Source: Octopus vulgaris
Lineage: Eukaryota
Length of the DNA: 64,000 nt
NCBI GenBank assembly: GCA_951406725.2
Contig: OX597814.1
Span: 201,004,001 to 201,068,000 of the forward strand
Direction: 5' to 3'
The stretch's first letter is position 1; the number at the start of each line of letters is the position of its first letter. The translations under genes and the position numbers were made by a program. The notes under the pieces were generated by a model. It did no database searches and was not told where the DNA came from. It saw only the letters and a list, made by a program, of their open reading frames with translations. This document shows, in pieces, positions 51,119 to 63,741 of this stretch.

Positions 51119-52379
51119 TATAAACTAAAATTAAATGAAACAGCTGCTTTAATATTTTGAGCATTTTAACTATGATGGAAAAATGAAAATGGTAATTGTG
51201 AAAACGAGGCTACCTTATACTGTTACGAAAACGGTGACGACGGTGATGGTGATCGTAAAGGTGACGATGTTGATGATGATACTGATGACAACGATGATGC
51301 TTTTGATGGGGTTCTCATAATGAGTCGTTTAAAATTTTTTTGTATAGTACCCGTAGTAGTAATCACATATTGAACCTGCATCGACAAAATTTAGATAAAA
51401 CAAGTAAAACATATCTTTCCTCAAGAATTAAACATGACAGTCATTAGGTATTTTTTGTTTTATAATCGTAATAACATAATATGGAGTTTCCCCGTAGCAA
51501 TGCTAGAAAAAGAAAAAAAAAAACACGAAACGAAATAATTTTCAATGATCATATATCATCGAGGGGGTCTATTTTTTTTTGTTTTGTTATGTTACGAGAC
51601 AGCTAGAAGACATCAATTAAGATACGATGGTTTCAAAATAGAGTATGGATCAGATGACAGCAAAAACATTTCTGCTTATTTATGAAGACGATAAGGAAGA
51701 TAACAATGATGAGAGGAAATAACGAAGCTAGAGAATAGCTGAGATGACATGTTCGGCTCCGATGAGAGTGATGATGATTACGATAAGCAAACGAACTCGC
51801 TGTGGAGAAAGATTAATACCTACGTCTATTTGTGTTGCAGCTGCTGTTAAGAGTGCTGTTCAAACAATTATACACTTTATCCATGCTGCAATTTATTGTG
51901 TTTCTTGGACATCTGCAACAGTACTATACAATGTACGTTCTTCGTATCTATGTACCAATTATCCCAACCAATTTGGTGCACCTAATTATCTCCCTGTTGG
52001 CATCGACCTCACATCAAACTCACGGCAACATCGTTTAAATTGCCGATATTTTAGTTCATCCTTGTCATGAATGCTATTTTGGTCAATAAAATTCTAACAA
52101 TTTGTAAAAGTACGTAAAAATCTATTTTCTCGTTTTTCCTCTCACGTGTCTACATTTATTCAACATAGGCAAATCACTCGAGCCCTTATGTGTCACGTGA
52201 TATTTTGCTCGCATTTCATTCTCTCTTAAGAGGAGACAACTTCTACCTCTACGGAGCCGCAATAGAATTTAAGCTGAAAATACGTATAAGTACAACTTGA
52301 CAAGATGGCTATTTATCAATTTGCCTACCTATCATTTTGCAATGCAAATTAATATATATATATATATACATATGTGTGC

Positions 52380-52429
<50 letters not shown>

Positions 52430-52548
52430 AGAAATCCCCCACCAAAAAGAACAAAAGATGAAGACAGTTGGTGTAGACAACATCTTTCTGGTAGCAACCT
52501 TTCCCGCTTCCTTTATGTCTTTTACATACACAAGAAATATTCCAAGAG

Positions 52549-52962
52549 GGATCTTTTCGGTTTGAACGGCAGTTTTTTTAACATAATTTCTAGGTAACTA
52601 AACATTTTAAAACTTCGTATACTGGTAGAATGTGTTTATAAAACATCTTTTTCTCTTGGCTTTATTGAGAAAATTCTATAGTTTGTAAGATGTTTGTTGT
52701 TTTTTCTTCAATTTCTGCAATTTCAACCAATCAATGACGTCTATTGAGGTGAAAACATTCTGTGCCGTATGAATATGTCCCTCGTTTAAGAAAAAAATTG
52801 GGTTTATTTACATTTCTGAACAAAAAAGATACCCTTCCCCCACCCCTAACCCTAACCCTAAAGCAGATTGAAATGCAATAGATCGATATTAGGGTCATAA
52901 TTATGGGTGGCAATTTCATATGACACCACTAGAAAAAACTGCCGTTCAGACCGAAAAGATCC
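52549..52962. mobile_element. 414-bp MITE with about 30-bp TIRs, 8-bp TSD and internal (CCCTAA)3
   Basis: TIRs GGATCTTTTCGGTTTGAACGGCAGTTTTTT / AAAAAACTGCCGTTCAGACCGAAAAGATCC; perfect TSD TCCAAGAG at 52541-52548 and 52963-52970. Confidence 0.92.
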
Positions 52963-54159
52963 TCCAAGAGTAATTCCAAGTCTAGCTTTTGGCCTTCCTT
53001 TATATCAACGTTGTTTGTCAGCCCAACATCCAACTGGGTTGATGTTCGGGAACATAAGAATAATACGTTCATCATATGTCTGATCAACAATGCATTAATG
53101 TACGGCTACGCTACACAATAATATGCAATCAGTTCTGACAATTATTGTTAAATGAAATGAACGACATGTTTGTTTTTACCTGCTTCTCGCATTCTCCTCC
53201 TCCGACGAAAACTACTTTAACGTGACACATAATAATGACGTTTATCCTGGGCATTAAAATGGCTTTAAGACAAACATATTCTCGTTTCCAGTTTAATAAT
53301 AAAGTATTATTTCCATATTTTTACATTTGATGTTCATGGGTATTGAAAATCGACAAATGCAACAATGAGTCGTAGAAAATGACATCAAAAGTGTTAAAGA
53401 GATTTTCAAAAAAAAAAAAAAAAAAAAAGAAGAAATCTGGTCTCTTTCTGTGTAATGAAAATGTGTGAGGGGTAAATATGTACTTTAATGTGTCTCATAT
53501 TCACAATGCAATCATTTGAAATAGCTGTGTTGTTTCTTTATTGTCACATTCAAGTCAGATAAAGCAAACACGAAATAAACGTTCATCCATTGAAATCTCT
53601 TTGTAGTCAACAATAGATAATAACATAGGGTGTTGACCTTCAGCGTTTCCGAATGTTCCGTTTTCAAGCCACTTATATCATTTATATCGGCGCAGAACGA
53701 GTGGGAACATTTCAAAATTACTCTTGCCATTATCTATTTAACTGAATAAAGTTCAACTTCAATGGCTTTTCTTTTAAAATAAGAGTATCTCATCTTCACA
53801 CTGTTTACACAGGTAATATATATTTGCAAATATTTCTGCTTTTATTGTGTTGATGGTCGGTCTTTGTTGCCTTTGGGTGAGATTCATGTGTTGCTTGTGG
53901 TGAAACCAAAGCACATTAATTCTTTGTGATTGGTTAATGACATGTCATAAAAGTTTACGGGTTCAAGTTGTTCTTGAATTAATCTGTAGCGAGACCTTGG
54001 CTAAGCTTTGAAAACTAACCCTCAAATTCCCCCAGTCTAGAAGCATGAACTTATGTAATTCGACAAAAGGTGAAGAGTCGCCATAGAAAAAGTATTAACG
54101 CCGATGTGAATATGACTCGAACAGTCAGTACTGGTTGACACTTATTATGGTAGAGGCGG

Positions 54160-55313
54160 AAGGTGGCGAGCTGGCAGAACCGTTAGCGCGCCGGGCGAAA
54201 TGCTTAGCGGTATTTCGTCTGTCGTTACGTTCTGAGTTCAAATTCCGCCGAGGTCGACTTTGCTTTTTATCCTTTCGGGGTCGATAAATAAAGTACCAAT
54301 TTCGCACTGGGGTTGATGTAATCGACTTAATACCTATGTCTGTCCTTGTTTGTCCCCTCTGTGTTTAGCCCCTTGTGGGTAATAAAGAAATAGGTATTTC
54401 GTCTGTCGTTACGTTCTGAGTTCAAATTCCGCCGAGGTCGACTTTTCCTTTTATCCTTTCGGGGTCGATAAATAAAGTACCATTTTCATACTGGGGTCGA
54501 TGTAATCGACTTAATACCTATGTCTGTCCTTGTTTGTCCCCTCTGTGTTTAGCCCCTTGTGGGTAATAAAGAAATAGGTATTTCGTCTGTCGTTACGTTC
54601 TGAGTTCAAATTCCGCCGAGGTCGACTTTGCCTTTTATCCTTTCGGGGTCGATAAATAAAGTACCATTTTCACACTGGGGTCGATGTAATCGACTTAATA
54701 CCTATGTCTGTCCTTGTTTGTCCCCTCTGTGTTTAGCCCCTTGTGGGTAATAAAGAAATAGGTATTTCGTCTGTCGTTACGTTCTGAGTTCAAATTCCGC
54801 CGAGGTCGACTTTGCCTTTCGTCCTTTCGGGGTCGATAAATAAAGTACCAATTTCGCACTGGGGTCGATGTAATCGACTTAATACCTATGTCTGTCCTTG
54901 TTTGTCCCCTCTGTGTTTAGCTCCTTCTGGGTAATAAAGAAATAGGTATTTCGTCTGTCGTTACGTTCTGAGTTCAAATATCGACCCCGAAGTCGACTTT
55001 GCTTTTTATCCTTTCGGGGTCGATAAATAAAGTACCAATTTCGCACTGGGGTTGATGTAATCGACTTAATACCTATGTCTGTCCTTGTTTGTCCCCTCTG
55101 TGTTTAGCCCCTTGTGGGTAATAAAGAAATAGGTATTTCGTCTGTCGTTACGTTCTGAGTTCAAATTCCGCCGAAGTCGACTTTGCCTTTCGTCCTTTCG
55201 GGGTCGATAAATAAAGTACCAATTTCGCACTGGGGTCGATGTAATCGACTTAATCCCTTTGTCTGTCCTTGTTTGTCCCCTCTATGTTTAGCCCCTTGTG
55301 GGCAGTAAAGAAA
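54160..55313 (+). mobile_element. Group C SINE hexamer (head + six units of about 184 bp)
   Basis: Units start at 54209, 54393, 54577, 54761, 54945 and 55132; flanked by TATTATGGT(A/G)GAGGCGG at 54143-54159 and 55314-55330. Confidence 0.95.
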
Positions 55314-55624
55314 TATTATGGTGGAGGCGGCAATCTTCAAAGGAAGTGTGCGAGTTTTCTTGCCAAGCAGTTTGGCTGAATCCTCAAGAACTTTTGAGCC
55401 GGCAGTAATAAACAGTTATAATAAAGTAGAGTTGTCCCAGGATTTTGCAGGTTGTGTTGCTTTTCTCCTGTATGTTGGTCTCTCACTTCTGTCATCCAGT
55501 CTCCTGACAAGTTTAGCACCAGGTCAGAGAGCCACTTGGCGTCTAAGGCCAAGTTTGTTCGTTTCAGTAAGTTCTCTTTCCCCTTCTTTCTTTTTTCTGG
55601 CACAATCTGCTTCTTTTGTATTCA

Positions 55625-55805
55625 CACTCAGCTGGTAAAAATGAATAGTAATTGTAATTCAAAGGGCAAGTCTTGTCACATTCTTTGTGAAGCTGAAACT
55701 CCCTGAGAAGTACATTAAGGGTACGCGTGTCCGAGGAGTGCTCAGCCACTCACACGTTAATTTCACGAGCAGGCTGTTCCAACCGTCGTCGATTCTGACA
55801 GAGCA
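55625..55805 (+). mobile_element. Group B SINE 3' part (end of B2 + T1)
   Basis: CACTCAGCTGG.AAAAATGA followed by the T1 tail. Confidence 0.75.
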
Positions 55806-57367
55806 GTGAGTTTGCTTTTTCTGTGTATTGGCTAAATGTAATATTTGTAAAATGTTTCTGCGTCATTTTGCTTTTCCCCAGTGTTCAATGAGAAGTGCGA
55901 ATGCTACGGTTTACATTTGGCTATTCTTGAGTTAAGCATGCAGTTTAGGAGTAAAACAATGAAAGTAAACTGAACGGAAGTAATGACAGTGATTATTCCA
56001 TACTTTCACAAAAGAATCTGATAAAACCCCCTAATTATATCGCATCCATAGGCACATACTGTTATAGTAGCTTTTAGAAATGTTTTAAGTATATTCCCGT
56101 CCCCCCAAAAAACCACCCGTTTTAAAAAATCTGTTTTCTGTTTTTCGACACAAACCCACCTTTTCAGTTACAGGGAATACAAATCTGCAAAAAAATTGGC
56201 AAAAATCGGCATTTTTAAATTACTCCCAATCCCACCCCACCATTTCCTTTATTAACGTGGGTTTTTGGCAAAAAAACTAAATTTTAAATAAACAAATTTG
56301 GGAGAAAATGGGTGGAAGTCTTTCCCCTGATTTCACTGTTGTCACTTCCAGTTAATTTACTTTCACTCTTTTTAAGCCTCTAATCTGCATATTAACCAAT
56401 TCTTGTGTGTTATATTTATGTTGCTGAGTGTTAGTGTTGCGGTTTTTGTTCTTTGGTATTGTTTGCAAGAACATGACGAATTTGGTTGGTCTTCATAATG
56501 TAGAACTGTGTTCCTAGATAATTATCTTATGATTAGTATAGTTGTGCATCTGTACTGGAAACTGAAACCGAAAGTAACTGACATGCGATCTAAATACGAG
56601 GCTGATGTTTATTTTATAGAGGAGCCAGAAAACCATTGAGATGTCGCTGAAATAGTGAAAAATCAGACGACTTCTTGTGATATCTTGTTTAAGAAAGTAC
56701 AGTTTCAAGGTGTGTTGATACCATACTTTTGGTTACTAGAATATTTTACGATATTCCTGAGAATGTTTTCTTGTAGACACTATTATCAGAAAACTAATCT
56801 AAACTGACTATCTAATTGGTATATTGTCTGAATAATGTTACGAAATTCGTACTGAGGGTGATGGGTGATTTAAGAATTGATATTGTAAGGGTCATTTGCT
56901 CAGATTAAAACATGTAAGATATTTAGAATGACAAATTATAATGTAAACGATAATACAATACATACATACATAAAATCGCGTAAATCATACTTAATTCATC
57001 CAGTTGTACACGAACGTATAAAATATGACTGGAAATGATTATATTTTATTCAACTCTGCTTCATATGACTAATTATTTAATTTCAGTTTGACCAAGCTTT
57101 ACACATATCAGCAAATGTATTATTTGCTGTTCTTATTTATAAGGACTATCGTCCGTATAGGATACTGTAAATGATGAATTCAGTTTTCCTGGCCGACAGC
57201 ACACAACGACGTATTCAGAGTACATTGTTTTTTTCCGGCCATTTTGTCTGTGAGGAGAATTATCTTTTTCCGGGACTGGTTTTGCAGCGAAAGGTCTTCC
57301 CATGTCCGAGTAGAGACAAAGGTGTTAAACATGATTGTACATTATTATATTAAAGCATTATATTATA

Positions 57368-57369
<2 letters not shown>

Positions 57370-57405
<36 letters not shown>

Positions 57406-57847
57406 TGTTGTTTAACGTCCGCTTTCCATGCTGGCATGGTTTGGACGGTTTGACTGAGGACTGGCAAGCCAGGAGACTGCACCAGGCTCCAATCTGATCT
57501 GGCAAGGTTTCTACAGCTGGATACCCTTCCTAACGCCAGCCACTCAGAGAGTGTAGCGGGTGCTTTTTACGTGCCACCGGCACAGGGGCCAGTCAGGCGG
57601 CACTGGCATCGATCACGCTCGAATGGTGCCATTTATGTGCCACTGGCACGGGTGCAGTTCAGGTGGCACTGGCATCGGCCACGATTACGATTTCTCTTGA
57701 CTCAAGCACAGTATATTGCCTGACGATTGAAGGGTACTTTCAAACGAGCCGGTTATTCAGAACTGATATCGTCTACGGCTACGGCTCACTAGACTTGCCG
57801 GGTCTTCTCAATCACAGCATATCTCCAAAGGTATCGGTCACTTGCCA
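57370..57847 (-). mobile_element. RTE LINE 3' end (ORF terminus, 3' UTR, (GAT)n tail)
   Basis: Reverse complement of about 5890-6368. Confidence 0.85.
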
Positions 57848-58484
57848 TTGGTTTATATATTATAGCAATATATTATAATCTGTTACTCAAGATGAACTAT
57901 CACACAGATTCCTGATCATCCTATGGGCACTCAAAAAAGAAAGACTTATTCCTGATTTTGCCATCCCATGCAGTTTTTATTTTCCACTTCCAGCAAGATT
58001 ATTCACAAATCAGATGCAAAGAATACATGATAGTTTCGACAATAAAATGCATATTCTCTCCTCTTCGCTAGCTACTTAACAAACCAGTAAAGACCTCTTT
58101 AATGGATAAAACAAAACACTGCCGGACGAAATAAGAGAGATTACCAAAAATACTCGTCTTCAATTAAGCTAACTGAATTCTGTTTGCCACAACTTTCAGC
58201 TCGCACTTTCAGGTTTTGCTTTATTCTGCGTAGACTCCTCCACTCACGATGGTTCGTAGAATGGTGGGGTGATTCCATTCGTGTCTCTCCCTTTTCCTTA
58301 ACACAAATTAATTTACAATGGTTATTACGTAGTGTAAAGGATGGAAAGAAATGCACTGATGGCATCTCAACCTCTCAAACTGAGATGCTGATGTGGTTGT
58401 TGAAAAAGAAAGGAACACAAAGTGATGCGAGGAAAGAAGTTGGGGTACCCTAGTCACTAAAGTATATCATTATATTCTTGGTCA

Positions 58485-58894
58485 AAGGCGGCGAACTGGC
58501 AGAAACGTTAGCACGCCGGGCGAAATGCTTTGCGGTATTTCGTCTGCCGTTACGTTCTGAGTTCAAATACCTCCGAGGTCGACTTTGCCTTTCATCCTTT
58601 CGGGGTCGATTAAATAAGTACCAGTTACGCACTGGGGTCGATATAATCGAGTTAATCGGTTTGTCTGTCCTTGTTTGTCCCCTCTGAGTGTAGCCCCTTG
58701 TGGGCAGTAAAGAAATAAGAAATGCTTAATGGTATTTCGTCTGTCTTTATGTCATGAGTTCAAATTCCGCCGAGGTCGACTTTGCTTTCATCCTTTCGGG
58801 GTCGATAAACTAAGTACCAGTTGCGTACTGGGGTCGATCTAATCGACTAGCCTCCTCCCCCCAAATTTCAGGCCTTGTGCCTAGAGTAGAAAAG
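58485..58894 (+). mobile_element. Group C SINE heterodimer with a single TSD
   Basis: Perfect 16-bp TSD ATTATATTCTTGGTCA at 58469-58484 and 58895-58910; the two units have different tails. Confidence 0.93.
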
Positions 58895-58962
58895 ATTATA
58901 TTCTTGGTCAGCAAACTACTTAAGATCAATGAAGGCAGTGTATGATAAATTCTAAATAATGC

Positions 58963-59039
<77 letters not shown>

Positions 59040-59939
59040 ACGGATATATAGAGAGATAGAAGACAAACAGGCAGATAGATTGATAGATAGAAAGAGAGAT
59101 AAAGAATAAAGAGATAGGGGGAGACAGAGAGAATGAATGAGAGAAAGAAAGAGCAAGCATTACTTACAGTGTAATCCAAGCCTTTACGAAAGCTGTAGTG
59201 TCAACATAAAACAGCTAAAATCCATTGGAGCTACCAAATAACTAATGGAATTTAATGAGAAACAATAGTGACTCAGCAAAAGACTACAATTAAAAAGGGG
59301 ATTAGTTTTTATGCTGCACCAGATGCAACGATATTTGCATAATATGTCACAAGATACAATTTTAGGTTTGTAAGATGTTAACATCAGCTTCAAGTAACGT
59401 CGGTAGAAAGTGAATATGGCAAGAACTTTTATTAAAAAAATAGGTCTGTAGAACAGTGAAATGAAGAATGGCACTAGTTTTGTGCAGGGTTGATTCAAAT
59501 GATACCATGGGTTTCATATAAATGTTGCAGGATAAATGTGAAGACTGAAGAATGCGAAAAAGCCTGAGGCTAAGTTATTACGTTCAAGTGTTTCTGTTTG
59601 TGCCAATGTATATGCGGTGCAATATCTAAAACAAAGAGTGAGGGAATGCCAGAGTAATCCATCTGAGAAGAAAAAGGAAACAAGTGAAAGCAAATTGCAG
59701 AATGCAGACCATTAAGAAATACTTGTCGATAATAGAGAAAAATTTATAATCATTAACAGAACAATTTAATAAGAGAATGAAAATTGTGTAACTGCTAATA
59801 CCAATCAATGGAATGTGAGAACGGAGAGGAAACAGCCAAACACAGTTTACTGAGATAAATCTGAGTAAATACGGCTGTCAGTGGGATTGACACACGGGGT
59901 TTAGCTGTGGAAGAAGGTTATCTCTCCATCTTTAGATGC

Positions 59940-60292
59940 AGAAAGGCACACATGCACACACATATGCACACACATACCCAAACACACACACAAAAGCACA
60001 CACACACACACATATAGAAGCACACACACACACACACACAGAAGCACATATACTCAGAAGCACACACACACATAGAGGCTCATGCACCCACCCACACAGA
60101 GAGGCACACACACACGCACATACAGGCACACGCATACATACAGAAGCACACACACATACATTTAGAGGCTCACGCACCTACCGACACAGAGAGACACAGA
60201 CACACACACATACAAACACACACAGAGGCACACACAGAGGCTCTCTCTCTCTCTCTCTCTCTTTCTCTCTTACACACACACACACACACCAC
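59940..60292. repeat. Degenerate (CA)n-AGAGG/AGAAG minisatellite-like tract
   Basis: Recurrent CACACA..AGA(G/A)GC units. Confidence 0.8.
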
Positions 60293-61245
60293 ACTAGGGG
60301 CTTCCTTACATTTCGGTCTACCAAATTTCCTCACATTGTTCGGTTCTAGCTTTTGTAGAAGACCCGAGGTGCCCTGTGATAGGACTGAACTCAAGACCAC
60401 ATGATGTGATTAAGAATCTCGCTTCTTAATCACGCACAGCAGAGCCACGTATCAATTTTAATTCGCAAAGTTTGAACAAATCTGGCTGGATAACTACAGA
60501 CTGGATTGCTAGTGAATTACAGCATGGAAGACTGACGCAGTTAAACACCAACGTAAACAGAGTCAACAATATGTCACAGCATACATTTGGCATGAGAGAT
60601 GGGGGGAGGGAGGAGGAGGGGGAGAAGGAGAGGGAGAGTGTGTAAAGGAAGGAGAGAAAGAGAAAGATGGATTGTAAGAGAATGTCTTAATTATGGAACC
60701 AAACGGTTTGGCTGTTACAGGCATGAAGATGAACTCTTATGAAAGGTTACGTATGATTTTCATTGTCTGTAAATGTGTATGGAATCTTCTTGAGAGATTC
60801 AGACAGAGTAATACAAGTGTATGAATTCGTCGCCAGAGAAACTGTCATAAGTTTTTGTGTAATAAAATAAGGTGGTGGTGTGAAAGAGACAGAAAGTGTG
60901 TGTGGGTGAGTAAAAGAATGCTTCAGCACAAAGCCATGCAGCGTAGGTGCTACAGGCAAAAGAAAATGTACGAAGAAATGTCAAAAACAACTTATTTTAT
61001 AATCTTTAATAGACGCCAGAAAGCTGTTCAAAGAATTACGAGTGCATCAAAAGTAAACTGCTTAATTAGCTGAAAATAGCCACGAGAACAGTCATGTGGC
61101 ATGCTTCTGAAATGGTGACTTTCTGCTACGACCGTTCAGATGAGATCATGTGACCCTTGCCGGTGAGCCAAAACTGAAATATTAAATTTGACGCAGCTAG
61201 AGACAATTATAATGCTATAATGAATGCATATATGCCTGTCTGTCC

Positions 61246-61279
<34 letters not shown>

Positions 61280-61532
61280 GAGAATGAGAGACACACTAAG
61301 TGTGAGAAGCGGAGATAGACAGAGTAAGGGTTACACTACACACGCAAACCTTGGTTATTTTGACGCTAATTATAATCATTTCTATATGTTCTGTTATAAC
61401 GTGAAAATATTCAACAAATCCTGAGTTTTAACAAATGCTGATCACCAGTAACTCCAATTAGCAAAAGGTCAACTCTTTGTATGCTATGCGCAATAAAAAA
61501 AAAAGCAAAATAAGAAAGAAGAAACTTAACAC

Positions 61533-61840
61533 CGGCACTCCATAACTTACGACTATGAATGTTCCGATCAACAGAACGGCCTGCTGACGAAACTAACGTG
61601 CAAGTGGCTGAGCACTCCACAGATAGGCGTATCCTTAACGTAGAACTCGGGAAGATTCATCTTGACACAGCATGTGACAAGGCTGTCCCTTTGAATTACA
61701 GATTCTGCTCATTTTCGCTAGCCGAGTAGAGTAACGTGAAATGAAGTGTCTTCCTAAAGGATACAATGCACTGTCTATCTCCCCTATTCACTGAGGGCTC
61801 ACGGCCTTACGATAGTGAGTCGCATACCCAAACCACTAAA
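61533..61840 (-). mobile_element. Diverged group B SINE (B2 + T1)
   Basis: Colinear with 31995-32311. Confidence 0.75.
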
Positions 61841-62114
61841 TCAGCTATGTAATCAGTTATGTAACACGTGCTGCTTCTTTGCCTTAGTTACAATACAAAC
61901 AGTGTTCTTCGCCATGGTGATGTGTAAAATACACGCTTCTGATTGGCTAAAATACCCAAATTTTACAATTTTTGAAGGCGAATAACTTTTTAATTATGAA
62001 TTTATAGGAAAAATGAAATTCTTTTTCATAATTAGTATACAAAACTTAATCTATATACTAAATTTGAAAACAACTGGAACAAAATTGTAGAGTGACGAAA
62101 ACCACAAAGATCCC

Positions 62115-62275
62115 AATGCAAAATTCAAGGGCTGTTTGGACTAATCTCATGCCTCTACCGCCATCACTTCGTATCACATAAATCCTATTGGTGTTGCTGT
62201 TAATGTGAAAGTTGCCATTGGTGGTCAGTACCTTTCTGGTTTTGATGTCCAAGCTGCGTATTCCATCACCTAAGA
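62115..62275 (-). mobile_element. R4/Dong LINE internal fragment
   Basis: IRSLDIKTRKVLTTNGNFHINSNTNRIYVIRSDGGRGM matches the post-RT D..TRK..H....RLY..R..GGRG motif. Confidence 0.75.
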
Positions 62276-62299
62276 AGTTCACTTTCTAGCGCCTTGATC

Positions 62300-62670
62300 T
62301 GGGGTTCAGTCCCACTTCATGGTTCCTTGGGTACTATAACCCAGTGCCAAAGATAGCCCTGAGCCACCTGAAGGTTTGTGAATGGATTTAGCCGAAGAAA
62401 ACTGAAAGAAGCTCATCGTATGCATGTGTGTGTCTATGTCTATGTCATGCCTAAATGTGTGCGTGTGAGTTTGTGTTTGTGTTTGTGTCATAGTCGCACA
62501 AGCGTTGTCTTTCATTTCCAGTTTTCCATCTGGCCATGGGGAAATGCTGCCTTGTTTAGAAACAGATGAGGTTTGAGGACAAAAAAGAGCATCTGGCCAT
62601 AGAAAAAGAATTCTCTCTGACCCATACAAACATAGGAAAGTGGACGTTAAAACGATAATGACGACGATAA
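62300..62670 (+). mobile_element. Chimeric SINE: group A head + RTE-like tail
   Basis: GGTTCAGTCCCACT..AACTGAAAGAAGC head; ends GGAAAGTGGACGTTAAAACGATAATGACGAC. Confidence 0.65.
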
Positions 62671-63294
62671 CAACAAGAACAACAACAACAACAGTAAAGT
62701 AAATGCTCTTATTTATTTCTAACCTTTTGACCAGCCAATAATAAAACAGTTTGATTACTTAATTGTTTGTTAATTAGATTTGCTTGTCTTTTGAAGCTAG
62801 CGATTTATGTTGCCGAAATGATTATAAGTTAAACTAATTAAACGAAATAATTATGTACTGTGAAGTAAAATGTTTAATCTTAGAGCTCAGCAACTAATGA
62901 GAAATGATTCTATCTCCTGACTTAGTTGTATTAAAATATAAAAAAATAGATTTCATAGTAATTCTAAAAGAAAATAAACTTCTGAAACCAGCCAGACAAT
63001 GTTTATGTTAATATCAATTAGTCAAGAATATATTACATTTTATCGGGGAAAAAAATAAGTTTGGATACTTTTCTGAGTGCATTTATGCGATGTTTTTGAA
63101 ACGTAGCAAAAAGAAATAAAAATTCATATTATTTTGAACTTGTTACAAAACAGCATAAGTCGAGAGTTGTGTAACGTAGAGAGAGAAGTGCTTAGACTAG
63201 AACAATTATAGAGAAAAAAAGTGTACAAAGCTTCTTTACGTATGTTATTTGTATTGTTAATTATTCAGCAGTGAGTATAAGTATACGCATATCA

Positions 63295-63741
63295 AAGGTG
63301 GCGTGCTGGCAGAAACGTTAGCACGTCGGGCGAAATGCTTAGCGGTATTTCGTCTGCCGTTACCTTCTGAGTTCAAATTCCGCCGAGGTCGATTTTGCCT
63401 TTCATCCTTTCGGGGTTGATAAATTAAATACCAGTTACGCACTGGGGTCGATGTAATCGGCTTAATCCCTTTGTCTGTCCTTGTTTGCCCCCTCTGTGTT
63501 TAGCCCCTTGTGGGCAATAAAGAAATAAGAAACGTTAGCACGCCGGGCGAAATGCTTAGCAGTATTTCGTCTGCCGTTACTTTCTGAGTTCAAATTCTGC
63601 CGAGGTCGACTTTGCCTTTCATCCTTTTGGGGTCGATAAATTAAGTACCAGTTACGCACTGGGGTCGATATAATCGACTTAATCTGTCTGTCCTGGTTTG
63701 TCCCCTCTGTGTTTAGCACCTTGTGGGTAGTAAAGAAATAG
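63295..63741 (+). mobile_element. Group C SINE dimer with a single TSD
   Basis: GTAT(A/T)CGCATATCA at 63281-63294 and 63742-63755; the second unit restarts at GAAACGTTAGC. Confidence 0.92.

Noticed and set aside
51744-52070. 108-aa ORF with an acceptor-like TGTGTTGCAG
   Set aside because: No recognisable domain; the minus strand has faint RTE-like wording (KVYNCLNSTL), so an old LINE relic or chance is more likely.
52844-52861. Telomere or chromosome-fusion scar
   Set aside because: Only three units, and they lie inside a TSD-flanked MITE.
54209-55313. CRISPR-like array or ribozyme-bearing satellite
   Set aside because: The units are contiguous SINE bodies without unique spacers, there are no cas genes, and I found no CTGANGA hammerhead core on either strand of the unit.
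56090-56325. Possible MITE remnant
   Set aside because: The terminal inverted match is weak and I could not identify a TSD.
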